A stretch of 64,000 nucleotides of DNA from Dipteris shenzhenensis (lineage: Eukaryota). Of the stretch, positions 39,201 to 51,694 are shown piece after piece. The notes under the pieces were generated by a model. It made no database searches. It was not told where the DNA came from and saw only the letters and a program-made list of their open reading frames with translations. Positions within the stretch are counted from its first letter, which is position 1. Each line of letters begins with the position of its first letter. A program made the translations under genes and the position numbers. The stretch lies in NCBI GenBank assembly GCA_047967505.1, contig CM106538.1. One strand, given 5' to 3'.

Positions 39201-41499
39201 CATTGATGTAAGAAATCACAATAGAGGGTAGACGCAGTGGAAGAAAATTGAAGAGCACTCAAGAATTCATACAGAATTGTTGTAGTATGGAATCCAAAAC
39301 TTCTTTACTTATGTGTACTTAGAATACATGTGCAAGCAAGGAAATAAACAGTGTTGATGAGAGATGTAGAACCACCAATATATAGATATTTCTATCCAAG
39401 AGATGAACACAATACAAAAAAGTGTCCCAAAAGGTAGCTCTTTTGTATAAATTTTTCCAATAAGCTTTCCCTCTCCAATCAAGCATATAATTGGGTCCAT
39501 AAGACCTTGATAACTGAACACTACCTAACTAAATGCATAGAAATCTCCCAATTTCTATCTCAAAGTTGGCACTCCATTGTGATGCATCATTTGCTTGTTT
39601 TGAGATCTTTATTATACTAGTCCATTTTCCCTATCCATACTTTCGGCCACCAATTTTACTTTCCCAATGAGGCATCATTGAAGTTTTCTTGCTATCCAAT
39701 CCAGGCCATGTGGGCCATGTTCCTCTTTCATTCTCAATAATTTTCCTCTCCCAATGAGACATCACTGTGGAAAATCTTGCTATCCAATCCACTCCATGTG
39801 GGCCATGGTCCTCCTTCATTCTCTCAACCAGAAGCCTACTATCAAATCAAAATTCTTGATCTTTATTGGGAGCAAATACACTAGTTTGTCTAGAGTGCCC
39901 TCCAAGTGCTAGCTCTCTAAAGCCACTCTACCTTATAATCAATTTAGTGACTTGAATGGATCAATAAAATCATCCAATTGGCTAGTTTTGCGATACCCTT
40001 CCAAAGGTCAAGAATACCTACCCCTTGGACATTATAATTGTTGACCATAGCATCACATAGAAATCATTCTATTTGTTTGGGTCTAACAAAAGAAAGATCC
40101 TCACCAAATTTTCCAATCTCATCTATTGGCACCTATGGAATCTCAATATTGATTTGACATAAATCATGGAAGTAGCTAGCACATTGTTAAGAATTACTAT
40201 TTTTCTTACATATGAGATGAATTTATCTTCCAATTGCTTCAATGAGAGCTTATCCATCATCCATTGGACCCTACCTTTAAGAGACACATTATCTCCATAG
40301 GGTAGCTTGCACTCCTAAAGAATATTCCATGGTGGATACATTATCCTCGTAGGGTAGCTCGAGTTTCATACCCAACTATTGATGAGAGCTTATCCAATTG
40401 GCCATTGGAACCTAGTCTTAGGGTATACATTAGCCCCATAGGGTAGCCTGAGTTCCTAAAAGGTTTCTTTATGGTGGATCGGTTCATACCCTACTATTGA
40501 ATCCAATTAGAGCATGAATTTTCCTTCGAAGCCACAATGGGCAATCGTGCTCTAAATTGTTCTTTTATTCTTCCCCAAACCTTTTTCTACATGAAATTAC
40601 CCCACCTAGACAACCTTTGGGATTAGAATTAAACAGCAATAGTGTAGTGTAAATTTGAATTAGGGAGACATGTATCCCATACAAAATAAAGCATCCATGT
40701 TCCAACATATAAATTGTAATTGGCATTGTCATGTCGATGATAAACTTAAAGCACTTGATGCCTACAAAAAAATTTGAACAAATTAGTGAAACTAGATTAT
40801 ATTTCAAAGAAATTTGAATAAAACATTTGAAAAAACATACTTACTTCCACTTAATGTGGACGTTAGACATGTAGACACATCCATCAATGAAAAGATGTTA
40901 TTCAAGACAATGCCTCCTAATACAAGTCAATTGGAATACTAATACTAAGTCAATGAAAAGATGCTCGAGAGGAATTAATCAAAATAATGTCTCCTAATAC
41001 TAAGTCAATTAGAATATGAGAATCTCCCTCCATCCTAGACATGGTAGGAAGATCAGTGGAAGCTAGACTTACAGACGTTGAGAGGACGTGAGATGATGAA
41101 ATAGGATCCGGTCGTATGAAAGAATACTACATGCTCTCTTATAGTATCCTAGTGGAGTTACCCTATGAAGATGGACTATCACCAAGTGCCATAGAGTATC
41201 TAATTTGCAATCATATTGCTCTTAATTTTTCATGAGATCCACTCTCATCCACTAGTTCCTTGCCCTTTCCCTTTTGGGTGACATGTGGTATGGGCGAGAC
41301 TCATTAGGTTGCCTGATTGTCACAGGGACCACTTGAGAAGAGTTAGTTGTATCTCAAATTGTATTCAATAATTGCTCTTTAAAAAAAGAGGATAAGCTAC
41401 ACAAGGTCTCCTCCACATCAAGTGGGGATACCCTCTGGTATGTAGTAACCCTTTCAAGACTATCTATAGATCCAAATTGGAACTTTGATCCATGATAAG

Positions 41500-41790
41500 G
41501 CAAGTAGATGGCAAAGGAGCAAGGGAGGGCAAGAGAGCAAGAGAGAAATGCAAGGAAGGGATCAAGAAAGCAATGCAAGGGAGCAAAAGAAATGCAAGGA
41601 AGGGCACAAGAGAGCAATGTAAAGACTTGAAGCAAGAGAGCAAGAGCTTGAAGGCAAGAGTAACAGCTTGAAGGCAATAGGAAGAGCTTGAAGGCTTAAA
41701 GGAATGCAAGGGCTTGAAGGCTTGAAGGAATTCAAGAGCTTGAAGGCTTGAAGAATGCAAGAGCTTGAAGGCTTGAAGGAACAAAAAACT
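41500..41790. repeat. Purine-rich GAGCTTGAAGGCTTGAAG / GCAAG repeat tract in a decayed retroelement
   Basis: Direct inspection of the repeated motifs. Confidence 0.7.
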
Positions 41791-42599
41791 TAAAGGAGGG
41801 AAAGAGCTCGAACTAAGAAATGGGGAGTAAGAGTAGGATCGATAGACAAGAGAAGCCCTAAAATGCATCTAAAACCCTAGAATACAAGTGTTTTGGGTTG
41901 TTTGTAGAGTCATTTTGGACAGGGTGATAACGACTCTCTAAAAGAGTTTAGTAACGATGCTTTTTTTTGTCGAGTTGTTAAATGATTATATGGATTATTT
42001 TGAGTCATTAAATGACTATATGAATTATTTTGACTTGCTCTAAAGAATCCATGTAATCTATAAATTAGGACTTTTACTGGTAGGTTGATAGCAACTCTAA
42101 CTACCTCTGGTTCTCGGTGAGTCCTCATGGTGGATGGAACTCTCACCAACTCCTCGCTTGAACAAAGTGCTTTACGTGTTTGGGGATGGAAGCATCGAAC
42201 AAATGCTAGTTCTCTGTTCCCAGATTGAGTTCCCATATTTGGAAGGTGTGGCTAGATGGTCTTCGATGGGAACGTGCAAGCAAGGTCGAAATATCCAAAT
42301 GCTTCTCTTCTAAGCGAGGCGATAAGGAGCAAAGAGAGGTTAGGTCATAACAGTGTTCACAGAAAACCTGCAAACTATATACAATGAACTTGCAACGTTT
42401 TCATTTTCACCCGTTAAAAATATTTTCTCAATTTTGTAAAATCTACAAAATTTTTTGGCAATTCAGTTATATTTTTGCAAAAAAATCTGCAAATTCTCAA
42501 GAAAAAACTTCAAAATTTGAAACCCCAAGTTTTGTTATTTGTTTTTTTTTTGCGTTTGTAAAAGATAACTCATATTTATAGGAGTATTTACAATAGGAA

Positions 42600-43000
42600 A
42601 AAGAGAAAAAGTCTGCCCTATAGAAGGGACAAAGGCTATCTACACAGTTTGCCTATGACTCTAATCGTCTTGTTTTTCTTCCCAAAAAATTGCAGGGTGA
42701 TCTTGACATCCTCCAAGATCAAAGGTACTAACCCTTTGCCAAAAAGAGGTCTCATAAAAGCCCTGTCATTTCTGAATCTCCATAAGTGCGTAATTACTAA
42801 ACCTCTTACAAGCTGCCACACTTCAAGGGTTCCGTCATTAAGACTTCCACGATCTCTCGGTAAGCTGGGATTTTGTCATTCATACTATGCATGCACTCGG
42901 GTTTGGCAGCGACTTTTGAGGTTTGAGTTTTTATAAATGGATATCACTTTCAAAAATTTACTTTAATGAGATCCATAAGGTAGGGATGCCCTTTGGCACC
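42600..43000 (-). mobile_element. L1-type LINE 3' remnant
   Basis: WQLVRGLVITHLWRFRNDRAF matches the W..RN...F motif at the plant L1 ORF2 C-terminus. Confidence 0.6.
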
Positions 43001-43229
43001 GTTATTATTTGCCATTGTGAGAGAACCCTTGCTTGTTCAGATTGAGAGACAATGGAAAAGTGTTGTGATTGGTTGAGAAAAATGTTTTCTGTGAACTGGT
43101 TAGGTCATAAGGGGGAGCGGGGGGATCGGACGGTGGAGATCGGACGGTGGAGAGGAGAAGAAGAAAAGGAAAGCGTTCACACGGAACGGGAAAGCTGAAC
43201 TGGTTCCTCTCATCTTCCAAAAACGAGAC

Positions 43230-43327
43230 CTTTGGAAATTTCACATTCGGTGCTGTCCAATCTGCTGCAGAGAACTTCGTCTGTGGCTCTCACCCCCCCT
43301 CTGCGCTACTCACGTTTGCTCGCCAAG
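43230..43327 (+). other. Probable non-coding first exon of BTF3 (start uncertain)
   Basis: CpG-rich, pyrimidine-rich leader. Donor AAG|GTATTT at 43327/43328; acceptor CTGCAG directly before ATG 44361. Confidence 0.55.
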
Positions 43328-43915
43328 GTATTTTCTCCCCTCACCCTTTGACATCGCACAGCTCAGATTCAACTTTTCTGCCTTTCTTTTTGCTTGCTTG
43401 GTGCTACCGCTTCCACTGTCTCTTTGCTGTTCTCTCCTTGCCCTTTTTGCGTGCGTCTTTATCGAGCCTCTTGGGTTCGTTTCTGCTCCCGCAGCCTTTT
43501 GCGTTTTCTGGGCGCCCAGTAGACCCGCACCCAACTTCTAATTGATTGCGGCTCATGGTTTTCCTCTGCTGGCTCTCTGTTGTGGCGAATCTTCTATTGT
43601 TGTTCCGTGTGATGCAAAGGCAGAGCGGAATATCGTAAACTCAGGCGAGACTCGAACGTCCTTGCCAGTAACCGTGCCTATCCTTCTGAGATGTTGAAAA
43701 TTGGATCCTGTTTCTCTTAAAACTATGAAAACGGTCGCGGACGCTATTTAAAAAAACGAAAGGGTTGCGAATGGTTCTTTAACGGATACTACACACATTT
43801 ATCCACAAGATAAATCTATGAAGAGCAAAGACCAAAATAAGAGGGTTTAATGTGTGAATAGAAGTCTTTTATGTGCTTTTCAAGGGCAGCCCTGCGGAAA
43901 GGTGTGGAATAAGAT

Positions 43916-43917
<2 letters not shown>

Positions 43918-43952
<35 letters not shown>
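43918..43952. repeat. (AG)n microsatellite
   Basis: Direct inspection. Confidence 0.95.
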
Positions 43953-43954
<2 letters not shown>

Positions 43955-44360
43955 ATGTTTTTACGTCGCTTCTCAATCTATCGTGAGTTGTTGCATCTTG
44001 CAACGTTGGTCAACTTTGGCATATCGCATTCCCAAAATTTGGATTTTTAGGTTGGGACTAGTGACCTAAAGTATTAGCTAGTGAATGGGGCTTTAAACTA
44101 GAAAAAGCTCTGCAGGAAGGAAACTTACACTTACTTCTTGAGATTTACTTTGATTGCGTCAGAACTTTTTGAGGATCCTGTGAAGGATCTAAGACAATAG
44201 CTTCATGAAGGCAAGCTTATTTGTGGTCTGCCTTAAAAAACATTGAAAGCATGCTTAAGATGAGCTTCGCACGTTAATTAACTTCCTCCTTAGTTTTGGT
44301 TTTGCTTAATCACAAAAAATATGGCTACTCAGCTGACAAATGTGGTCGTTCTTCCTGCAG

Positions 44361-47300
44361 ATGAACAGGGAGAAATTGATGAAGATGGCTAGTGCGGTGC
44401 GCACAGGTGGAAAAGGCACTGTGAGAAGGTAGGTCCTGTAACTTTTCCATATAACAATTAGGGTCAGGCCTTGCACAGGGTTGTGACAGGCTATTGTTAT
44501 AAACAATAGTTATTGTTTATAACAATAACTATTGGAAAAGATATTGTTAGGTTGTTGATACATTGTTTTGTGTTCCAAGTCCAACAGCTATTAAAAATGT
44601 GGAACTATCATTACACATGCTCAGGTTTCCTTTTTTTCCTTTTTGGAGCATTTGATCATCAGTACATTGTACTGTAATGATAGTCACTGTTCCATTTTTG
44701 ACATGGTCGTGATCCTGATTTAAAGATGTAAAGGATACTGTCATTGTCTGTAATGATATCATTAGTAAGAAATTCGGCATTAAGCTTTGTGACAGCTACA
44801 TACGTCACACCAACCATGCCTGGAAGTCACACCCTTTGGAACTTCTTTTTTTGGCAACTTCGCTCTGTACTGAGTTTTCAATGGAATCATTTTGTTTTTC
44901 TTTTGATGCCAGGAAAAAGAAGGCAGTCCATAAGACAGCAACAACAGACGATAAGAGACTGCAGAACACATTAAAGAGATTGGGGGTCAATACAATCCCC
45001 GGAATTGAAGAAGTGAACATTTTCAAAGATGATACTGTCATTCACTTTATAAATCCTAAGGGTAAGCAGTTTTCTTGCAGCGATGTTTTATCTTAATTCT
45101 TCTTTCCATTGTGGTGCCTTTAGTGAACCCGGTCCATTCTAAAAGTAGTGGTTGTGGGCACAATCGTTGGTTGGAATTGTCCTATTTTCATTTGCTTTGA
45201 TGGAATAGCTATTTTGACTGGCTGTGCTAGACTTCACCATGTTTGTATATATATACATGAACAGTAAAGCTATTATGATGAGTATGTCTTAGCATGTGGT
45301 CCATCTCACATGATAAAAGTATACTGTAAATTCTGCAACCTGCCACGCAGATGTTCGCTTCTGTTGTGACTCCAAGTTTGGGAATAATCATTGAGCTGTT
45401 TACTGTTATTTATGATTCTGGCTCATCAACAGACATTCAAGTCTCTAGGAATTGTATCCCATTTATATTGCGGTGCATTTTCAATGCATCTGCCTGACCA
45501 GCTTCCTTCTTGAAGCACAGCTCATCATGTGCATTTGCCTTTTTGCCCTAACAGCAGACATGCAAGACTCCAGACTTTCATCCGAATTATGCCTGCTTTT
45601 CTTCTGTCAGAATTGCGCTATAGCAGAAGTGTGATTTATCCAATTCACACTTAGAATTTAAACAGCCATAAACTGAAAAGCAATAAACAATTCTAACTGT
45701 CACCAAATCAAGAGGGGGAGGGCTTCAGCATTACTTGGCAGTTCACCTCTCCATTTTATGGAGTAGTTCTCTTCTGTGGAGCCGCTTGCTGTAAGCCTCT
45801 CTTGCAGCTTCACACCTCCCTCTTGGAGGTGCCATTACCTCTCTTGGAGCCACACACCTCTCTTAGAACTGCATTTCAGAATTTGGAATTGGATCATAGA
45901 AGTACCTGTCCTGATCAAGCCATGTACATGTTCGAAGGGACTTTCCAGTGAGCTGTCCACGTAATTATAAATGAAGCCCATGGGTGTGTGGATTTGTATG
46001 TGTGAGAGCATACTTTTATACTATGGTCTACACCCACTGTTGGGCGCTGATGATGTCAGTGGGGATGTCATAGTAGCTAGTCCCTGCTATGCGTGATGGA
46101 GTTTATGGTTTTCAATCTTATGAGTGACTCTCGTGAGATTGAAACTGCACTATGTTGTGTTTTTAGAGGATGAGTTTGGGAATGTTCCTGGATTCATCTA
46201 GGTATATAGAAGCCCATGGTGCCGCCCTCTTTGTCAAACTTTTGAAGGGCTGTGTATAGAGGCTGAATAATACCGACAATGCACTCCACATCAAACACCA
46301 TGCTCTCAAAGCTTGTGCCTTTGGGTGTCCTGGAAGTTGGCCACCCCTCCTGTTTTTCACTAACAAGCATACACTGTAAACAAGGCTTTACATTCACCAA
46401 GCACACAAGGACAATGGCAAGATATGCAAATTGAGTCGCGGAAGGCTTAAAGAGATTATGGGTAGCATGCTTTCTATATATCTCTAAGGCCTTGTGCTTA
46501 TCACACATAAGCTAGTAGATTGCATGCCTTCTAAACTATTACATGCACCCAAGGGAGCTTTCCTATATCGTCCATAAGAGATCCGAATGGTGAGGAGTCT
46601 AGATGTGAGAAAATCCCTCCTCGAAAAGCTCATCCGTGCACTTACAGTCACTTGCACTGTTAGTAATCTGCTGCACCGCGGAAGGTCCCACATCTAACAT
46701 AGCTTGGTGAGTGTCAGTAGAAATTCTCTCCCAACATTTTGATGAGAACCAGCAATAGAGCTCAAGAACTTGGTGTCCCTACAACATGAAATAAGAATGT
46801 TAATGTGAGGGAAATCATTGTGTTAGACTACCCATCTAAAAGAATTGTACATCCATATTTAACCCACGATGCCTTCGTGGGTTGTAATTTCCTTTCATAT
46901 CAACCATGGATTGCTTCCACTCTTTTCTGAACAATGTCTTCGAAGCAGTGGTTTTGCATTTAGGACTTGCTTGTGCCATTGCATCAATAAAGGTGAGGAA
47001 GATGGGGTACGAGCAATATTGAAAGGGAGATCTACCTCAAAAAAAGATCTCAGGATAATTCCTGCAGTCATTCGTGCACAAAGCAGCTTAACTATTTTAA
47101 AGACTTCTTTCTAGGTTCATGCACTTGGAATAGTTGTGCTACATATAGGAGACATATGACTGAACCTAAGTGTGTGTTGCAAACTTTTTCACTCTTGCTC
47201 TCTTCCACACTGCCATGGAGCTGCTGGAACATCTGGAAGGTCTGTGGGACGTGGATTCACACCTTTAAAGAAACCCCAAGAAAGTGAGCCCTCACATGGG

Positions 47301-48170
47301 GTGCACTACCCTTGTAATCTTCTTTGTAATGCTTGTGTTTTTTTCCTTTATGTTTGAAGCTCCATACGCCTCACTCGCCTCACCTCCACCTACTTGCAAA
47401 TTGCATCCTTTTCACAATCCATTGAAGGAAACCTTGAGCTGTCAAATGACTAATAGAAATTTTTAATTTGTAAAATTGGTATAATTTAGTCTTATAAGGT
47501 TTATATGGTTCCGATGGATCAGAGATAGCTGGTGTAGAATCTTAGTCTTCGTTACTAACTTGAAGAGGCAAGGGCTGCATCCTTCATGTTTCTAACTTGG
47601 CCTGTTCTAATTGTTTGGACAGTACAAGCTTCAATTGCTGCCAACACTTGGGTAGTGAGTGGGTCCCCTCAAACTAAAAGTAAGGCTTTTTGCTAAATAT
47701 GTCTAATTATACCCTTATACTCTGCTTTATTGTTTCATCTCCCTTTCAAATTGGTGGACTCAGGTTGGCTGTTTTCTTTTTCTTTTTCCGATTTGCAGGA
47801 CTGCAAGACTTACTACCTGGAATAATCAATCAGCTTGGTAAAATTCAAACCTATTTTAGAGCCTTGCTTCCTTTTTTGAAATTTGTTTTTGTTGAGTCAG
47901 TAGATATTGTGTGCTGAGATATTTCATAATGCATATAGTTGGCAGTCGAAATGGCTACCTGTATGTAGTAGGTCTATGATAAAAAAACTAAATGTCCTCT
48001 GTCCGATTCGGGCTTCAGGACCTGACAACTTGGCCAATTTAAAGAAGATTGCTGAGCAATATCAAAAGCACGAGTCTGCTTTCAGAGGTGCTGAAGATGA
48101 AGATGATGATGTGCCTGAGCTTGTGGAGGGAGAAACTTTTGAAGAAGCTGCCAAGGATGGTGATGAATAG
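44361..48170 (+). CDS. BTF3: Nascent polypeptide-associated complex beta subunit / basic transcription factor 3 (exons 44361-44428, 44913-45061, 47623-47679, 47799-47837, 48019-48170; 154 aa)
   Basis: [63 protein letters not shown]...[14 protein letters not shown]...[17 protein letters not shown]. All introns are GT-AG and the frame is intact (465 nt). Confidence 0.97.
45950..47300 (-). mobile_element. hAT transposase remnant within the BTF3 intron 45062-47622
   Basis: KPSATQFA (P..TRFA-like) and [21 protein letters not shown] (PL..LR..D..MG-like); multiple stops; boundaries approximate. Confidence 0.65.
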
Positions 48171-48749
48171 TCGATCAAACTGAATGCGATTCTCCTGATG
48201 AAAACTTTTAATATCAGCTCTGCTTAATGCGAACAGTAGCAATGACAAAGATGACTTGTAGAAACTTTCGGCAAGCTTTAAAGAGTTACATTGTACGACT
48301 GAGAGAGTATAGGTAGCCATGATTCTTATTCTTTGCACTGAATTCTAGGGCTAAGTCTGTCTACCTGGCAGCTAACAATGTTCAGGTTGCAGTGTGTTGC
48401 TGTTGTGTGTTTTGACTTTGGTCCAAGTATCGACAGGTGGCTATTGGTGATTCTGCCTATTTTTAAGAGTCTCAATCAGCTCTCAATTTTCATAATTATC
48501 CGAGCCGATGTTTTTGACGTCCTTGCTTCTTTCAAGAGGATCGAATTACAAAGCACTCCGACTCGACTGTTTCAAGGCTTTTGTCAATCGAAGGTAGGGC
48601 TGTGGCCCTATGCACATTCTTTTTGACACGATTCTGTATGCCATCTATGTTAAGTGGTATTCTTCTGTTTTCTTGTCAAATGTCTTTGTAGCAGAAGAGT
48701 TAGCTTTAGGATTTATATTTGATGGTTTTAAATATTGCTTCTGCCGTGT

Positions 48750-49900
48750 GTGCAAGATCTAGTGTATCTTCCTCCTCTTTTAGTTCCTTTAACTTCAGCT
48801 CCAAGAGTTTTTTCTTCTCGAGATTATAAAATAAGACTTCTTGACCTAGATAGACTAATGTGTTTGGGTCATTTTTCAATAAAAGTTTTCAAGAGTATAA
48901 TGTCAAAGTTTATCCAAACTTCAATACACCTTGGAGAATCTATTTTGAGGATTTGAATCTAAATAAGCTCCATTATATACAACTTAAAACTTCGTTGGAT
49001 CGCTTTTTAAAATTGAAAGCTTCCTTTCAAAGCAAATAACTCTATCTAAATAAGGAACTCTTGATTTCTGTTTTTACTTCTCCTTATCTTGACAAGATAG
49101 GCTTGAACTCAAGTTTGAAGTCTCCTGAAGTAATGGATTCTCTCCTTTATTATGTGAGAAGAATTTGGAAGCATCCAGTAGTAGCTTGGAAGTATATTAA
49201 AGCTTCAGGACAAAAGGCTTTCAACTATGAAGAGATAGGTAAAAGGATTTCAGAGCATTCAAAATCTTCTATCCTTAGAGAACCTTCTTGTTGTAAAAGT
49301 AAGAGATTCCAAAGCTTTATTTATAGTGATCTAGGACATGTAGTTACAATTGATACTTCAATTTTGCTTTCTAGTAATTGACATTTTCATGAAAGGCATG
49401 AAATTTTGAATGTACTTTTAAAGAGTCTTGCCTTAAAAAGCTATTGATAAGGGAATCTCAAAGCTTGCTTTGCAAATAGAAGAAAGTTTAGGAGTTAAAA
49501 ATATCTTATCAGAATTGAAAGGTAAGATTATGAAGAATATCTTTGTTTTTATTTGCATAAAGTCTTACTTAGAATGTCTTTTGAGAGAGGTCAACACGTC
49601 TTCCAAAACCTACGTCCTTGTCTTAGTTTCTCAAAAGGATCTGATCTCAAAACACCAGAGTTTTTGCTAGTCTTAGGGTTTGTTAGCAATCCAAGTATTC
49701 CTTTTATTCATGTAGATCATGACATTGATTCTAAAAAGAAAAGATACACAAAGATAGGAAGTGTTGGTGATGTTTGCTATTGCAATAGGTGATTCTTTGT
49801 TTAAACAAATTATAGGAATCCCTATGGGCACTAATTGTGTTGTCTTTTTAGCAAACATTTATCTTTTCACTTATGAATTCGAGTTATGCAACGTCTTGTT
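48750..49900 (+). mobile_element. Penelope-like retroelement RT remnant
   Basis: FKQIIGIPMGTNCVVFLANIYLFTYE and upstream SCC...F..SDLGHVVTIDTSIL. Confidence 0.65.
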
Positions 49901-51694
49901 TTTTCCCTATTCTATTGGCCTTTTATTGTCTCCTATCCATCTCAATTACAAATATCAAATTTCTCTGCTTTTCAAATATTTTCAAGTCTATAAGTGCTAT
50001 GATTAAAAGAACCATAAGACTTTATATCAATATTTGTAAGAATATCTCTATCTAACCTTTAGATGTCAACTTGAAAATTGCTATTTTAAGGCTTTCTAAA
50101 TCCAAAAAGGTTTTTACTCACTCTAGGTATATCAAATGCATACAAAAAGTTGCTCGTACTCAACGATCTTGCAAGATCCTAAATAATTTCGATTCCCATT
50201 TGGTTTTGAATGACTTTTGGGGACCTTTAATAACACTAAGGATAACAAAATAATTTCTTAAGAAGGTAGTTTTAGTTTTCACCTTTGCTCTATTGTGCTC
50301 TTATTGCTTTTAGCAATGCCCCTGCTTTAAAGAACAAAGTAACTAAAATGCATACAATGATAAAAAAGATGAAAATAGTACTGGAACTTAATTAAGAGCA
50401 CATATTGATTTCCATTGAGCTCCACCATTTGTGACAACATACCAAATTTTTTGCTTGATTCCCCATTATAAGTGGAGTATTTTTGAGACTCCAAATCACT
50501 TCTTCATTTTCTCATTTTCTTTCTCATAGTTGAGAATATGAAAAATATAATTTTGTTCATTTGAAGAGTCATTAAGTGTTATTGATCAATGTTTATCTAT
50601 TAGTGTTTCTTGCTTGTGATAAACTTACATCATGCTTATCCTTTCTTTAACTCCCTAATTTATAAAATTGTGAGTGGCTAAGAGATCCCAAATTCAAAGG
50701 TCCAAGTTTAAAAGTCTCTTATTATGAATAAGACTTAATTAAGATCTCTATACTTAGCAAGTCAAACAAGCTCTATTCTTAATGAAGTATTGATCGGCTT
50801 TTGAAGAGGAACTTATGTAAAATCCCTCCCACTTCCCTCTCTAAATTCTCCCACTCTTTTCATTTATTCGTTTCTTTATTTTCCCCATTTTTTCATATTT
50901 TTTCTTTAAGTCCCTCATTAAACTCTTCCCCTAACTATACCTCCCCTAAATGCAACCCCGTCTTTCTTGGGTAACCTATTTTTCTTGCTTCTTCTAATTG
51001 TTCATACCCTCCCCTAATTTTCTTCTCTAATTTGGTTTTATCCACCCCTATTATATTCTAAACTTATTTCACATTCTTTTCTAAAATTTTCCTATTTCTC
51101 TCTACTTTTCTCTGCTATCTACATCCCCTTATTTACTTATCCCAAATTTCCTCTATTTTGTCTCCCTAACTAAACCTTCTCTCCCCCCTCCCCCACCCAT
51201 CCCCCATGCACCCGACTGGACTTATCATCTCCCACCGTTCTCCTTCTCAAATTCCCAGGACTCCTTTGCTCCCAACCTTTACACTCCCTACACCTACTAC
51301 CAACAAAACTAACTATACAATCTGCCTGCTCGCCTTGATTGCACCCACCGGCTCAACCAACTCACTTATCTATTACACTTACTCAACCAAGCCCTCAGTT
51401 CGCTATTCCGTTCAGCCAAACTCCATCACCTATAGCCCATTCTGTTGCTGCACCCTGTTCAATCTCTATGCCATAAACAACACCACATTGTCCACGACTC
51501 TATAGTTTGCCTCTACACCCGACATACTCCAGCCACCCCTTTACTCCATGCCATCGGCTACCTACATACTTGTCCCATTCAGTTCCCCCTAAATTGTGGT
51601 GTCTCGACTATCGTGCCATCTTGACTACAATGCCCTACATAGCCATGCCTCTGAGTCACCTTCCTGTGCCAACATGAACTTGCAAGTATGCATT

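Noticed and set aside
39207-39520. Solo LTR (TG...CA)
   Set aside because: Flanks ATTGA and CTACC do not form a TSD, so boundaries cannot be supported.
50820-51400. Pyrimidine-rich tract and ORF 51206-51505
   Set aside because: Low-complexity, probably a decayed repeat; no protein motif.
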